From Chrysomallon squamiferum (Eukaryota > Animalia > Mollusca), in the NCBI GenBank assembly GCA_012295275.1, contig CM022665.1, positions 45,136,001-45,200,000 of the forward strand: a stretch of DNA of 64,000 bases, given 5' to 3'. This document shows positions 42,235-55,024 of this stretch, one piece after another. Position 1 is the first letter of the stretch; every line of letters begins with the position of its first letter. The notes under the pieces were generated by a model. It did no database searches and had not been told where the DNA came from. It was given only the letters and a program-made list of their open reading frames with translations. Position numbers and translations under genes: made by a program.

Positions 42235-44398
42235 AAGAATGACAACAACAATAATAATTAAAATAACAACAACAGCAGCAGCAGCAGCAACAATGACAGT
42301 AGTTATAACAAACCTGAGCTGTGAATCAACAACGGTTGTGTTATCTTCTACTGCTCCCATCTTGCATGTTCCTGAAGGGTGAAAGGCCGTAAAGCTCATT
42401 GACCTGACAAAACATTCCCAGTAGTCATCGGAATCCATTTTGTGCTTCTTGCAGTGTGGATGGTGAAATGGATTCAGCTTAGCTCCTATCTGCTTCATTG
42501 AATCCACTTTAAGTAATTCCTGGTACAGCCTAATACCTTTTGTTAAAAATAAAGGTGAAAGTGAAAGTGAAAGTGAAAGAAAAAGTGAAAGTAAAATAAA
42601 TTAAAAACAATAATAATAATAATAAATAATAATAATAATAATAATAATAAAGTAATGCAGAATAAAATAAAAAGAAATGAAATAAAAAATAAACTAAAAT
42701 AAAATAGAAGATATTTAGTTACACTTTTAAACACTAAAAACTGAATTCCCTTGAGGTTTGAAACACTTTTCTAATGATAAAGTTTAACTGGACTTTATTA
42801 ATTAGTTATCTTTTGTTGATATATTACCTTTAATTAAATAAACACCTAGAATAATTTCCTTTCATTAAAAAATCACATCTAAATTCATCATCTTTCTTTA
42901 AAGAAGTACCTTGATTAATTACATTTAATTAATAAACCACATAGATTAATTTACTTTCATCAAAAAACCCACTTAAATCAATTATCTTTAACTAATTAAA
43001 TAATTACCTTGATTAATTAATTTAAAAATTATACAATTACCTTTAACTAATTAAATAATTACCTTGATTAATTAATTCAAAAATTATACAATTACCTTTA
43101 ACTAATTAAATTATCATCTTGATTAATTAATTTATTAAATCATTAGCTCAATTAATTAATTTAAAATATTCAATAATTACCTCGATTAATTAATTAAAAT
43201 GATTAAATCATCAAATTACTACCTCAATTAAATTAATATATATAAAATTAAAAATTTAATTACCTTTAACTAATTAAATTATTACCTTGATTAATTTAAT
43301 TTTTTTTTAAAAAACCTGAATAATTACCTTTAATTAACGTAGTCATATCATCAGGATCTGAAAGATAGTTGGGATCAATCAAGGGATGATCGGATGGATT
43401 GGACGATTTGAGGCGGATAGTCCCTCTGCTTTTTGGTCTGAGGAGGGTGGGGGCAGCCACAAATCCATCTGTACTCTGCCACTTCAACATCTGCAACACC
43501 TGCAGACGAAACTTAGAATGAACAAACACAGCGGAACCTGTCTTGTGCAAACACCTGTGGAACCAAAGCAAGAGTGTCCCTACACTGCAGGTGTCCTCTT
43601 ACCAAAAAAAATACAGATAATTATTTTGAACCTGTTCACATCCATTCTCACCTGAACTCCTACAAAAACAAACATAAATTGTCATGGCGAGACATTGCCA
43701 GAGCAACCATCAAATTCAATTGCTGATAAATTGAGTTCATTGATGGATGTAAATAAAATTTATTTTGCACATTATAAAAACTCATAATGAGAATAAGGTA
43801 TATGTATGTTATTTTGTTTGAAACCCCAAAAGATCTCTGATTTGTATTTGTGCTGGCCAAGCTGTGTTTTTGATCTCAAAAGCCCCCTAAGATGAAGTGT
43901 TTTTTAAAACATAAATGTGCATGGAATGATGTTGAATGTTTGAATTATAAAAATTATGTCAAAGAGTCTGAACTCGCACGGTTTGGGGTTTTGTTTGTTC
44001 TTGTGATTCAACAAAAACCACAATCCATGCATGCACTGTGCAGGAAATATCGATCATATAAAGCTGCTGTACAATACAATTATTTATTTCAAGAAAGAAA
44101 AATCCAAAATGGTATCACTGTACACTTTTAGCAGTGGAATGATGATAAACAAATGTTGTCCACATCTGTTTTTAGCATGTGTGTGTTGATCTAAGGGACA
44201 TATCTATTTTAAAATGATTGAACTCAGAAAAGTGTCTGTAGATCATAGACAGGCACTTAAGGCTGATTTTGTAAATGAATACTTAATGTATACATATACA
44301 AACAACCATAAATACATACAGGCACAATCATTGTTCTTTAGTCAGATTTTACGATTTCTAAACAAAATGCATACACACTCAAACATGCATGTAAATAT

Positions 44399-44447
<49 letters not shown>

Positions 44448-46499
44448 TAAACAAAAAAATAACACTATTATTAGGTATCACGATTCAAGTTGACAAACCT
44501 CTTGTTTCAAGTCTCCCAATGTTTTTTCACTTGAGTTTAAGTACTGGAGCACTGACAGGTGGAACTGGATATCAGGATTTCCAGGCTGCAGCTGTGGGTT
44601 GGTTCTGACAAAAGCCATGGTTTCTATGAACACAGGAGATGCTAAATAACCTGCAGTAACCAAACAGAGGTGTTAGTTTAACCAGTTAATTGTTCTTTTT
44701 AATTTTTAATTGTACTGGAATGTATTACTTGACATGCTCCAGTACAAAAAAAAAAAAAAATGTTCTAGGTATATTATTATTATTATTAACCCATTTTTGA
44801 ATCATGACTGAATGTTACTTTTGAACTTCTACATTTCATTCTATCTTTAAGTGCCATAACAATATAGCAAAAAGCAAGTTTTTTTCCTATATTGTGGTCT
44901 AGATAAATACAGCATTAAATAACTTTTTTTAGATGATTCAAATGTTCAAACCTGTCTTATAATTCATTATAAGCAGAAGTATTTTGGGTTTGTCTCTCAT
45001 TCTCTGTATCAATTTCTCTGTTTCACCCATATAAACATAAAATTTGTTTTTTTTCTATCTATTCCTTAGATTTCTGTCTGCATCTGTCTTGGTCTATTGT
45101 TTCCTTCTGTCTGTGTGTCTGTCATTTCCCTGTCTGTCTGTCTGTCTGTCTGAATATATTGTTTTTTGTCTGTCTGTCTGTCCATGACTTCTCTTTCCCT
45201 GTCTTTCTATCTGTCCCTCTATCTGTGTCTATTGTTTCTCTGATAGTTTCTCTTTCTGTCTTTTGTCTCCTTGCCTATCTGTGTCTCTGTCTCCCTGTCC
45301 CTCTGTCTCTGTGTCTGCTGTTTCCCTCTGTCTCTGTGTTTATTGCTTTTCTGTCTGTCTGTCTCTTATTTTTTTTCCGGTCCATTTCTCTTTCTGCTGT
45401 TGCCCTGTCCGTTTCTATGTCTGTCTATGTCTGCCTACTGTTTCCCTGCCTGTCTGTCAGTCTGTCTGTCAGTCTATGTAAACTGTAAGATACTCGAACC
45501 TGTTTTAAACAGCAGATACTGCAGAAGAGTAGAAGTGCTGGTGATCTGCTCCTCTCTCAGCGTCACACACTGGTCTGTGTCAGTTCTCAGAACTGTGAAC
45601 AGATGATCCTGAAAGTTGTCACCAACAGGCAAATCTACTTCAACCTTAATCTGTGAACAACAGCAACGGTTGTTATGATAATGATAACAATGATAGCAAC
45701 AAAAACAAGAAGAACAAAACAATAATTTCAAAAATAATAGTAACAAGAACAAAACAGTAATATCAAAAATAATACCAACAAGAACAAAACAATAATATCA
45801 AAAATAATAGTAACAAGAACAAAAACAACAAAACTGTAATAACAATAATAACTGCAATAATAATATTAATTAATGTCAGTTTTAATAATAAATTTTGATG
45901 TATTTGTAACTATTATTACTATTACAACTACTACTACCACAACTATAACTACAACTGCAAAAACTGCTACCATTACTACTATTACTACTGTTATTACTAC
46001 TAATACTACTGCTACTACTATTACAACTGCTACTACAACTCTTTTTCCTACTAATAACCTATTACCAGTGTTACAACTATAGCTGTTATTATTAATGTTA
46101 CTGAGATTTTAATCATCATTATTACATTTTGTCAGCCATTGTGAATGTTTTTTAATCATCATTAGGACAATTACATTTTGAGAGTTTAATCATTGTGAAT
46201 GTTTCTATCAATAATAATGTGATGTCATAATTATGTAGGACAATTAGCATTACTTTCTGTATGTTATCAATAACTGATAAATTAAAGCTTTTAACAGCTA
46301 CTAATTAAACGAGGTATTATTACATTTACCTTTAACTGTTCTAAATGTTTTTTCGGTCCTATGCCAGAAAGCATCAGTAACTGAGGTGATCCTATAGTTC
46401 CTGCAGATAGAATTACCTCCCTTGATGCTTTCACTGTGTGTTGCTGGCCATCTTTAACAAACTGTACTCCAATTGCCTTTTTATCTTTTAATAAAATCT

Positions 46500-46539
<40 letters not shown>

Positions 46540-47679
46540 GATTGATTATACTAATAATAAATAAACAAATATGAACTTTTACTAATATTATTTACACTCA
46601 CAAAGACACGTAAAAACAAAAGCATGTAATTTATGTTTATAATAACAACAACAATAATAAATAAATAAATATATTATTCACATTCATTCACAGAAACAAG
46701 CAATAGTAACATATGTGTTAATATTGTCTAGAGCTAGTTTATTTTCATACAACAGATACCTATGGTAACATAAATTCAGTTTTGGAACAGAGGGCATGCA
46801 ACATTTTACCTGTAACATACCTTGGTCACATGTGATTTTACTACAACATGCAGATTGCTGCGTTCCATAGCTGGCCAAAGAAACATTTTCGATGTGCTTG
46901 CTCTTTCACCATTCAAAATGGTGGCCTGCGTTCGTGCAAAACCTGCAGAAATTTAATTTTTCATGTTTTTTAGTGTTTTTTTTGTTTTATTATGTCTTTA
47001 AAATGAAAAAAAAAAAAAATAATAAATCTCACCAAAATATTTAACTTGATAAATTATAAAAATATTTTCAGCAAATAGTTGATAGTAACAGAATAATAAT
47101 TTTGAATTTTATTTCAAAGACTGTAATTCTTAATAACATTACAAACTGATAAAAATGTAATTTTTTTTTTTTTTTTCAAATATATGAATAAAATAATGCT
47201 TGAAATTATCATTCTTAAAAAAAAAAAATCAACAAGAACAATAATATACAGATTATAACTTGTAATAAAAATGAAACCTCAATTAAAACTAAATATATAC
47301 TTCTGCTGTTACAATGACACAACTTTGGTGTTGTTCTGATATATTTTACCCATATTTTTAACAGCTAAAGTCCTGCTACACTTCTATTTTGTATCTACAT
47401 TAACTGCTAAAGAGATATACTGAAATACAGCAATATATGATGACACAAACATTATGTATAAAACTAAATGAATTACTTGTTCAAAGCCAATCTGGTCTAT
47501 ACACTACAAACGTGAATACACGTGTGTTTATAGACAGAAATACCTTCCTGGTTTTCTCCATTAGGATCAACCTCCTGGTAACCAAACTCTTTGCCTGCTT
47601 GCAGCCATCGCTCAACGAAGGAACAAGACTGAACTGTGGTTACTGGCAGACTTCCATTAGTGCCACGATAAACTGAAGA

Positions 47680-47720
<41 letters not shown>

Positions 47721-49180
47721 GTAATAATAATAATAATAATAATATTAACAATATTAACAATATTAAAATAATAATAATAATAGTAATAAATAAGAAGAAG
47801 GAAAATAATAATAATAATAGTAATAACATTAACAATAAAATAATAACAATAAAATAATAATAAAAGAAAGTGAATAACTCCAATAAAAATAATAATAATA
47901 TAATAACAACAATAAAAATAATAATAATAAAGATAATAATGGTAATAAAAAACAACAACATTATTAACACTTGTAATAGATTTTTAGTAGGAAAAACTGT
48001 AATAAAAGTATGCGGAAGATGATTAGTAGTTGCAGTACTAATAGTATATTGTATGGACCAATAGTAATGCAAAAATCCATTGTTGGATGAACCTCATTCT
48101 GAAGTTATGAGTTAACAAATTAAAACTGATTAAATTAGTTTACTAACATTTAACAAATTAATTAATACAAAATTTATTAAGGATTTCTTAAAATTTATTT
48201 ATTTATTTATTTATTAAATGTCTTTGGATCTGGATATATTAACATTCTGTTTATAAATTTAAAATTAATAAAATCTCAGATGTTCTAGGATTTAAAAGAA
48301 TAAAAAAATAAATAAATAATTTAATAAAAAAAATAAATAAATAAATGAATACAATATTTTAAAAACATTTTAGTATAATATTTCAAATATCAGTACTGAA
48401 TTAAAATTTCATAAAGTCTTAATATACTTTTTCTGTATTATTATAGTTTCTTTTTCATGTTTTAAAACAATTTGTTATTATTATTATTATTTTTTTTTTT
48501 TTTCTTGGAATAATCCAAATTAACCTTGCTATGACAAAATATTGCATCTTTGCTGCTCTGAAAACACGATGTATTATAATAATAATAATGATAATAATAA
48601 TGATGATGATGATGATAATAATAATAATTATAGTGATAATAATAATAATGATGATGATGATGATAATAATAATAATATTATAAACAAAAACAACATCAGT
48701 GCCAGTATGATTAGTAGTTCTACTAAATATTAATAACAACGACAAAACACAAAACAAAGAAAGCACCAACAACAGCATCGCTGCCAGTTGGATTAGATGT
48801 TAGTACTAGACATTTATATGAAGTGTAACAACAACAACAACAACAACAACAATGCTGCTGTTACCATAGTTACCACTTATATATTATGGTACTGACAGTA
48901 GGAAAGCCATACTAATTGAAGTGCTTGGGAGGAAAAAATACATTATACATAATTATTTTAATAAAAAATATAAATATTACATTAATAATATTTTATTTAG
49001 TTAGTTAGTTTTTATATTTCGTAAATATTAAATTTAATCAAAATGATTTAGTTTTTTAGTAGGTCTTTTTATTTTTGATTTTTGCCTCTCTCTTTTTTCT
49101 TTTTCTAAATTTTAATGTTTAAATTTTAATGTTCCACATTTTGGAATAATTAATTTATTAATTCAATATTTATTCATTTA

Positions 49181-49219
<39 letters not shown>

Positions 49220-50260
49220 TTTAGGCATTTAACTATCGTTATTATTATTACTATCATTTAAAAAAACAAAAAAGTATTTAGGCTTTTTGTAAACGAACCA
49301 GATTTGGTCAGTTTGTCAACAAGGATTTTTTCTGACTTCTTAAAGTAAGGAAGTATTTCATCGTAACTCCATCCTTCCACAGCCATTGGCTTCCCATGTA
49401 TCGTAGTCATAGCGATTGCCTCTAATATAAATCATATAGTTTAACTGACTTGTTCCACCAAGCACTTTTCCTCGTGGCACAAACGATTTCTAAAATAACC
49501 AACAACTAGGATAATAAAATAAAAAATAACAACAATAACGTTAATGGGAACACAGTAACACCCAAGAAAAACCACTAAGTTAAAATACAAGTATTAAAAA
49601 CAATGGAGATTTAAAATGACAACAGATAAAGATAATAAAAATAACAATAGAAAAATAGTAATACTAACAGAAAAAAAAAGGAACTAAACAAAAATACAAG
49701 TATTAAAACAAATATGGAGAAATTAAAAAAAATAACAGCTGGATAAAAAAAATAAAAAAATAACAACAAAAATAACAATAGAAAAACAGTAATACTAAGT
49801 GAAAAAAAAAAAAAAATACAAGTATTATAAAAATAATAACAACTTGATAATAAAGATAAAAATAAAAATAACAACAATAACATTAACAGAAAAATAGTAA
49901 TGCTAAGAAAAAAACCATAAATACAAGTATTAAAATTGGAGAAATTAAAATAAAAACAGCTAGATAAAAAAGAGAAAAATAACAACAAAAATAACAGTAG
50001 AAAAATAGCAATAATAATAAGAAAAAAGCAAAAAACATCTAAACAAAAATACAAGTAATAAATAAAAATGGAGAAGTTAAAATAAAAAAGAAAAAAAGAA
50101 AAATAACAACAAAAATAATAGTAATACTAAAACAAAAAAAAAAACCCAAATAAACAAAAATACGTGTATTAAAAAAAATGGAGAAATTAAAATAAAAACA
50201 GCTCAGTAATAAAGATAAAAAAAAAAATAACAACAATAACATTAACAGAAAAATAGTAAG

Positions 50261-50291
<31 letters not shown>

Positions 50292-50867
50292 TAAGAAAAT
50301 AAATGGAAAAATTTAAATAATATCAGCTCAGTAATAAAGATAAAAATGAAAATAACAACAATAACATTAACAGAAAAATAGTAATACTAAGAAAAAACCC
50401 CATAAATTCAAGTATTAAAAAAAATGGAAGAATTAAAAATAAAAACAGTGGAATTATTTGGGTTACTCTTCTCCAGAGGTAACTTAAAATGTGTAAATAT
50501 ATCTGTTACTCTCTTCTGAAAATAACCTGAGGACTAAAATGCACCTGATCATTCAGTCCTCTGCAAGCCTCTTTCTGAGGTACTGTGTAATACTGCCAGT
50601 CCACACTGGTGTGTTGTAAAGTAGGGCTTGCTGCTGGAATGGACAGAGTTGGGTTATTCTGGTCGGTGTCACCTGCCTCAAGAACAAGAACTGTAAGATG
50701 GGAATCTTCTGAAAGTCGAGAGGCCAAAACTGAGCCTGAAGAACCAGAGCCAACTGAAGAATAGAAAAATATACATACATACATACATACATACATACAT
50801 ACATACATACATACATACATAGATACATACATAGATACATACATACATACATACATACATACATACA

Positions 50868-50899
<32 letters not shown>

Positions 50900-51710
50900 C
50901 ATACATAGATACATATATACATACATATATATATATATACATACATATATATATATATAAACATACATATATTTATATACATATATATATTATACACATA
51001 CATACCTACATACATATACATACATACATAAATACACACATACATACATTTATGTATGTATATATGTATATACACACACACACACATAAACACACGTGTA
51101 TATATATAGTTACAATTATGTAACTACAATTATATAACTATGAACTATATATATATGTAAATATGTAATTATATATATATATATTTATATATATGTAAAT
51201 ATGTAATTATATATATATATATATATTTATATATATGTAAATATGTAGTTATATGTATATATTTATATATATGTAAATATGTAATTATATATATATATAT
51301 TTATATATATGTAAATATGTAGTTATATGTATATAGTTATATAGTTATGTAACTGCAGTTGTGTGTGCAAAAATTGTGATTGTACGTATATATATCTTTA
51401 TTGTAACATTTATGTGTGTGTGCATACATGCATATATGTATTGTGTATATATATATATATATATATATAGTTATAAAATTGTAAGTTAAAGGAACATGAA
51501 AGATACATGCATCCAGTGACAGATGATACACCAGATATGAATGCATACAGGTTTACAACACCTACCAATAATGTAATCATAAGACTGGTTAAACTGATCT
51601 GTTGGTCCATACTGCAGATGACTGTTAAACAGACCAAGCATTTGAACGACAACTGCCACCACAACCACAACTACAACAGTTACAGCAAATAAACCAAGCC
51701 CCGTCTTCAT
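41490..51710 (-). CDS. GMC oxidoreductase (glucose dehydrogenase [FAD, quinone]-like), ~598 aa with N-terminal hydrophobic anchor; one +1 frameshift in exon 3 (assembly error or null allele)
   Basis: Exons 51566-51710, 50545-50753, 49299-49489, 47544-47672, 46821-46942, 46330-46497, 45500-45650, 44499-44650, 43328-43499, 42314-42536, 41490-41625. Motifs: YDYIIVGSGSSG (FAD GxGxxG), [80 protein letters not shown] (catalytic His), [16 protein letters not shown]; TAG stop at 41490-41492. Confidence 0.92.
42314..42536 (-). CDS. GMC oxidoreductase coding exon 10
   Basis: [75 protein letters not shown] |GTTTGT. Confidence 0.9.
42820..43340. repeat. AT-rich repeat built from ATTACCTT(T/G)A(T/C)TAATT, matching the GMC exon 9 donor junction
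   Basis: About 9 copies; on the minus strand they read AAG|GTAAT. Confidence 0.75.
43328..43499 (-). CDS. GMC oxidoreductase coding exon 9
   Basis: [57 protein letters not shown] |GTAATT. Confidence 0.9.
44499..44650 (-). CDS. GMC oxidoreductase coding exon 8
   Basis: [51 protein letters not shown] |GTTTGT. Confidence 0.88.
45100..45480. repeat. (CTGT)/(CT) low-complexity tract
   Basis: Direct reading. Confidence 0.85.
45500..45650 (-). CDS. GMC oxidoreductase coding exon 7
   Basis: [50 protein letters not shown] |GTTCG. Confidence 0.9.
46330..46497 (-). CDS. GMC oxidoreductase coding exon 6
   Basis: [56 protein letters not shown] |GTAAAT. Confidence 0.92.
46821..46942 (-). CDS. GMC oxidoreductase coding exon 5
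   Basis: [41 protein letters not shown] |GTATG. Confidence 0.9.
47544..47672 (-). CDS. GMC oxidoreductase coding exon 4
   Basis: [43 protein letters not shown] |GTATT. Confidence 0.9.
49299..49489 (-). CDS. GMC oxidoreductase coding exon 3 (contains +1 frameshift at ~49377)
   Basis: [37 protein letters not shown] / [26 protein letters not shown]. The exon is 191 nt but the flanking phases require 190 nt. Confidence 0.88.
49570..50450. repeat. Degenerate ~110-125 bp A-rich tandem repeat
   Basis: Recurring AAATACAAGTATTAAAA..ATGGAGAAATTAAAA and AGAAAAATAGTAATACTAA blocks. Confidence 0.75.
50545..50753 (-). CDS. GMC oxidoreductase coding exon 2
   Basis: [28 protein letters not shown]...[20 protein letters not shown] |GTGC. 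Confidence 0.9.
50770..51350. repeat. (ATAC)n microsatellite followed by (AT)-rich repeats
   Basis: Direct reading. Confidence 0.9.
51566..51710 (-). CDS. GMC oxidoreductase coding exon 1 (signal/anchor)
   Basis: Acceptor TAG| before 51718, ATG at 51710; [48 protein letters not shown] |GTAGG. Confidence 0.85.
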
Positions 51711-51788
51711 TTTCTTTCCTAAAAATAAAAACATTTAAAAAAAATAATACAGATATAGAAACAAAAAAACAAAAACAAAACAAGCAGG

Positions 51789-51819
<31 letters not shown>

Positions 51820-53339
51820 GCATTTACATGTTTCAAACTGTTCAAAAATTAATTATGCCAGACAGTAAAATTATTACGATCTATTTATTTGGTATAAAGT
51901 TCTCTGCAGTGGCAAATATGGATTCCCATCCCCACCAAGGTGGACTACCATTAGTATTTCAAATGTGGATCAGTTTTGTTTTGGGTTTTTGAATTAATGT
52001 AATTAACTATTTGTAAGTACAAAAACATGAAGTTGTGAATATTTTTATTAATTAGAATAAATTAGCAGGGGTCAGTAAATCATTTAATGATTAATGTTTT
52101 CAGGAAAAAAAATAATTGACTGTCCTTGATTTAAACTAACTATATTATTAACTAGCTGTTTGCAACATATTTCTTGTTTGTTGGTTTTTAGAGTTGGTTG
52201 GCGAGTGAAAACATAGCCCAGACTTTTTATAAACAAATTTATATAAAAATATATATGCAAAGGAATTAATTTATACTTCCATTCTAAATAATATTTAAAA
52301 TCAATGTATAGTTTATCAACATGTTAACGCCTGCTAAACAAATCATTCATTCATTGTTTACTTAATTTGCACCTAATGATGAATGACCGATATCTCCAAT
52401 TCATTGAATATATGCCTATTTACATAAACATTATTTTGAGTTTGTAACAGTACAAGTTAATTTTATTTTGATACACGTGTATATTTTTTATTTGTCTGTT
52501 TGTAAACATTTCATTTGTTTGTATCTGGGTAAGAGTTGTTATCGTTCGATGAAGTGGGCGTTCTGCACTGATTCAACGTGGCATTTCCTTCCTACTCTCA
52601 ACAGCGTGACGGCTTCAGCAAATTTTGGATACATTTTGTTAATGTCTCGACCTATTTAGTAAACTTCCTTGCAGAATCAACACTTTTCGTCAATTCAAGG
52701 AATTACAAATGGTTAAAAAATAATAAACATATGACGAAAAAATAAGAAATAAAATTATAGATTAAGGAAGTAGAAATGAGACCTTTCGACTGTACCTCTG
52801 CACTCAGTACTTCACTCTCACGGGGGAGATAATCCTTAAAATGCTTAGAGTTAAAAGCCGCGAAAAAGCTGTTTAAAAAAATTAGATTATATATATTTTT
52901 AACAAAACAGCCACAAACTCTAGAGATAAACAATACTGCAGTTTAAGTACCTAAAACTATTTTCTACAATTTAATACTCTGTAGCATATGCAAATATTGT
53001 TAGGATAGGCATTTTAAAAACGTATGTATCGTTAACTAAAACTTTATACTATTTATTTTGATCCAAGTTTTTATTTTGTAGTTGTGGACAGGGACTAAAT
53101 AAAATAATTTCTTGGTGGTCATTGTCACTCATATTTATTTGAGAGTTAAATAATTTTGAGCTATCACTTTTTAAAAATTTCACAATCTAATCTTTTGTTC
53201 ACGTATTCTCTCAGTTTTGAATAGCTTTTATTCGACTGAATTCACGTGTAAGCTATATTTCAACCGAAGGACAAATGACGGATCAGATAGTATACAGTAA
53301 TAACTTAACTGCACCTAATTAACTGGAGATACCGAGACA

Positions 53340-53870
53340 TAGTTCTGACGTAAAGAGTGCAGGTGCGATGACGTCATTGTGATCGCGCAGCCTTCTGCAT
53401 TGTCGGATCTAATACTGTATTATAAAGAAGGGGAAAAAAAAAAAAAAAAAAACTAGAGAGAAAGAAATGCATTCAGTTGGAAAAATGAAGTCTTCCAAAA
53501 GAAAAGAAGAGAAAAAACCGTCCTTCAGATTTAAGTATTGTTATTTTATTTCCATTCAAACAATTAATAAATACGAGAAAAAAAATAATAAATAGGATTA
53601 TAGTTTACTCCTTATTTTACAGAAAGTCGGGAACGGAAACGAAATACTACTAATAATAATTTTTGTATTTATTACACGCAATGAAAACACCTAGCTTGGT
53701 AAACGTAACTTGTAAGCATTAGAAAATTCGTGATCAGATCATTTCGCTTATCTTCCTCTTATTTTTTTTCCGGCCATTTCCGCTTTATAGGTGGCGCTTT
53801 GATTATTAGCCACGTCTGATTGTATGATAAGTTATTTTCTTTTATTATCGTTATAAGTGTAAGTATACAT
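53340..53870. promoter_or_regulatory. Probable promoter region between the divergent GMC and COPB1 genes
   Basis: Local CpG enrichment; palindromic CRE ATGACGTCAT (53368-53377); TGACGTAA (53346-53353); YY1-like CGGCCATTT (~53771); GCCACGTC (~53809); candidate COPB1 5'UTR donor GTAAGT (~53859). Confidence 0.5.
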
Positions 53871-54933
53871 CTTATATGTTTTGTGTAATTAATTTCTTTT
53901 TTATATATAGGATACAATGTGTTCAAAATAATAAAATACAGTTTACTTCTCTTCTGTGGTGTTTTACCAATGAAACTCTTATGTCTATGGTTTTATAAAC
54001 CTCATTATATTTATCACGATGACAGGTTCTCCTGAACAAACCATTTCAGTCTAGCTGCAGCCAATTATAATATATATATAATTATAACTGTGGATCAGCG
54101 TGAATGAATTTGTAAAATCATTTTTAAATCAGGATGATTGTTGCTTGCTGTGACTAGTTCATTCAACTTTATTAGAGTATACTCATAATGATAACACTCG
54201 GTACACTGTATGAACTGTATCATTGTCTATGGAGTATAATCTGTAGTTAAAGAATGGAGAAATGTAAAATGTGACCATGTCTTGTTACTTATTTTTGTTT
54301 TATTGATCAAGATTTCCTGTTTTAATTACCATCATAATCACTCTGTCCATTTACTGTTTAATTATTCCATTATTAAAGATAAATGCAAAATGGTTGATGG
54401 ATAGAACCTCAGCCAGACACAGCTGGCAAAGAGAAAACCACTGTCAGTCACAGCCCCATCTTTTCAGTATATTACTACATATATACAGTATATTGGAGGG
54501 TTCTGATTTTAGCATAGCACTGAATCATGTTAATACTAATAAGCTAAATTAACTTCTATTTTGCATAATGTGGTAATCATGTTATCACTCCATAAAATTT
54601 TGGTGCCTCTATTTTGAAGGAAATGTTTGCCCCAACTTTTCTGATTAAACCAAAGCAACACTTAAACATGCCTAAAAAAAACACAATTATATCCCTAATA
54701 GTGGCATCTAATAACCTTGTACCTTTTTTCTCAGTAGTTTTCATTCAATATTTTATGAAAATATTTCAACATTCACAGAAATGCTGCTAATTCACCTATA
54801 CCAGACCATAAATAATTTTCAAAATACAAGGAGAGTAGTACCTAAAAGGGAGTTATTTTTCTTTAAAATTTATAACATGTTTCCAACTTACAACAGAATA
54901 TAATAATTACATCTTTACAGAAAAACTGCAAAA

Positions 54934-55024
54934 ATGTCTGTGGCAGATCAGCCTTGCTACACTTTGATTAATGTACCCATGGATACAGAACCTTTGTCGG
55001 AAATGCAACTACGACAAGAGTTAG
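54934..55024 (+). CDS. COPB1: COPB1 coding exon 1
   Basis: Acceptor TTTACAG| at 54920, ATG at 54934; [30 protein letters not shown] |GTAAGT. Confidence 0.93.
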
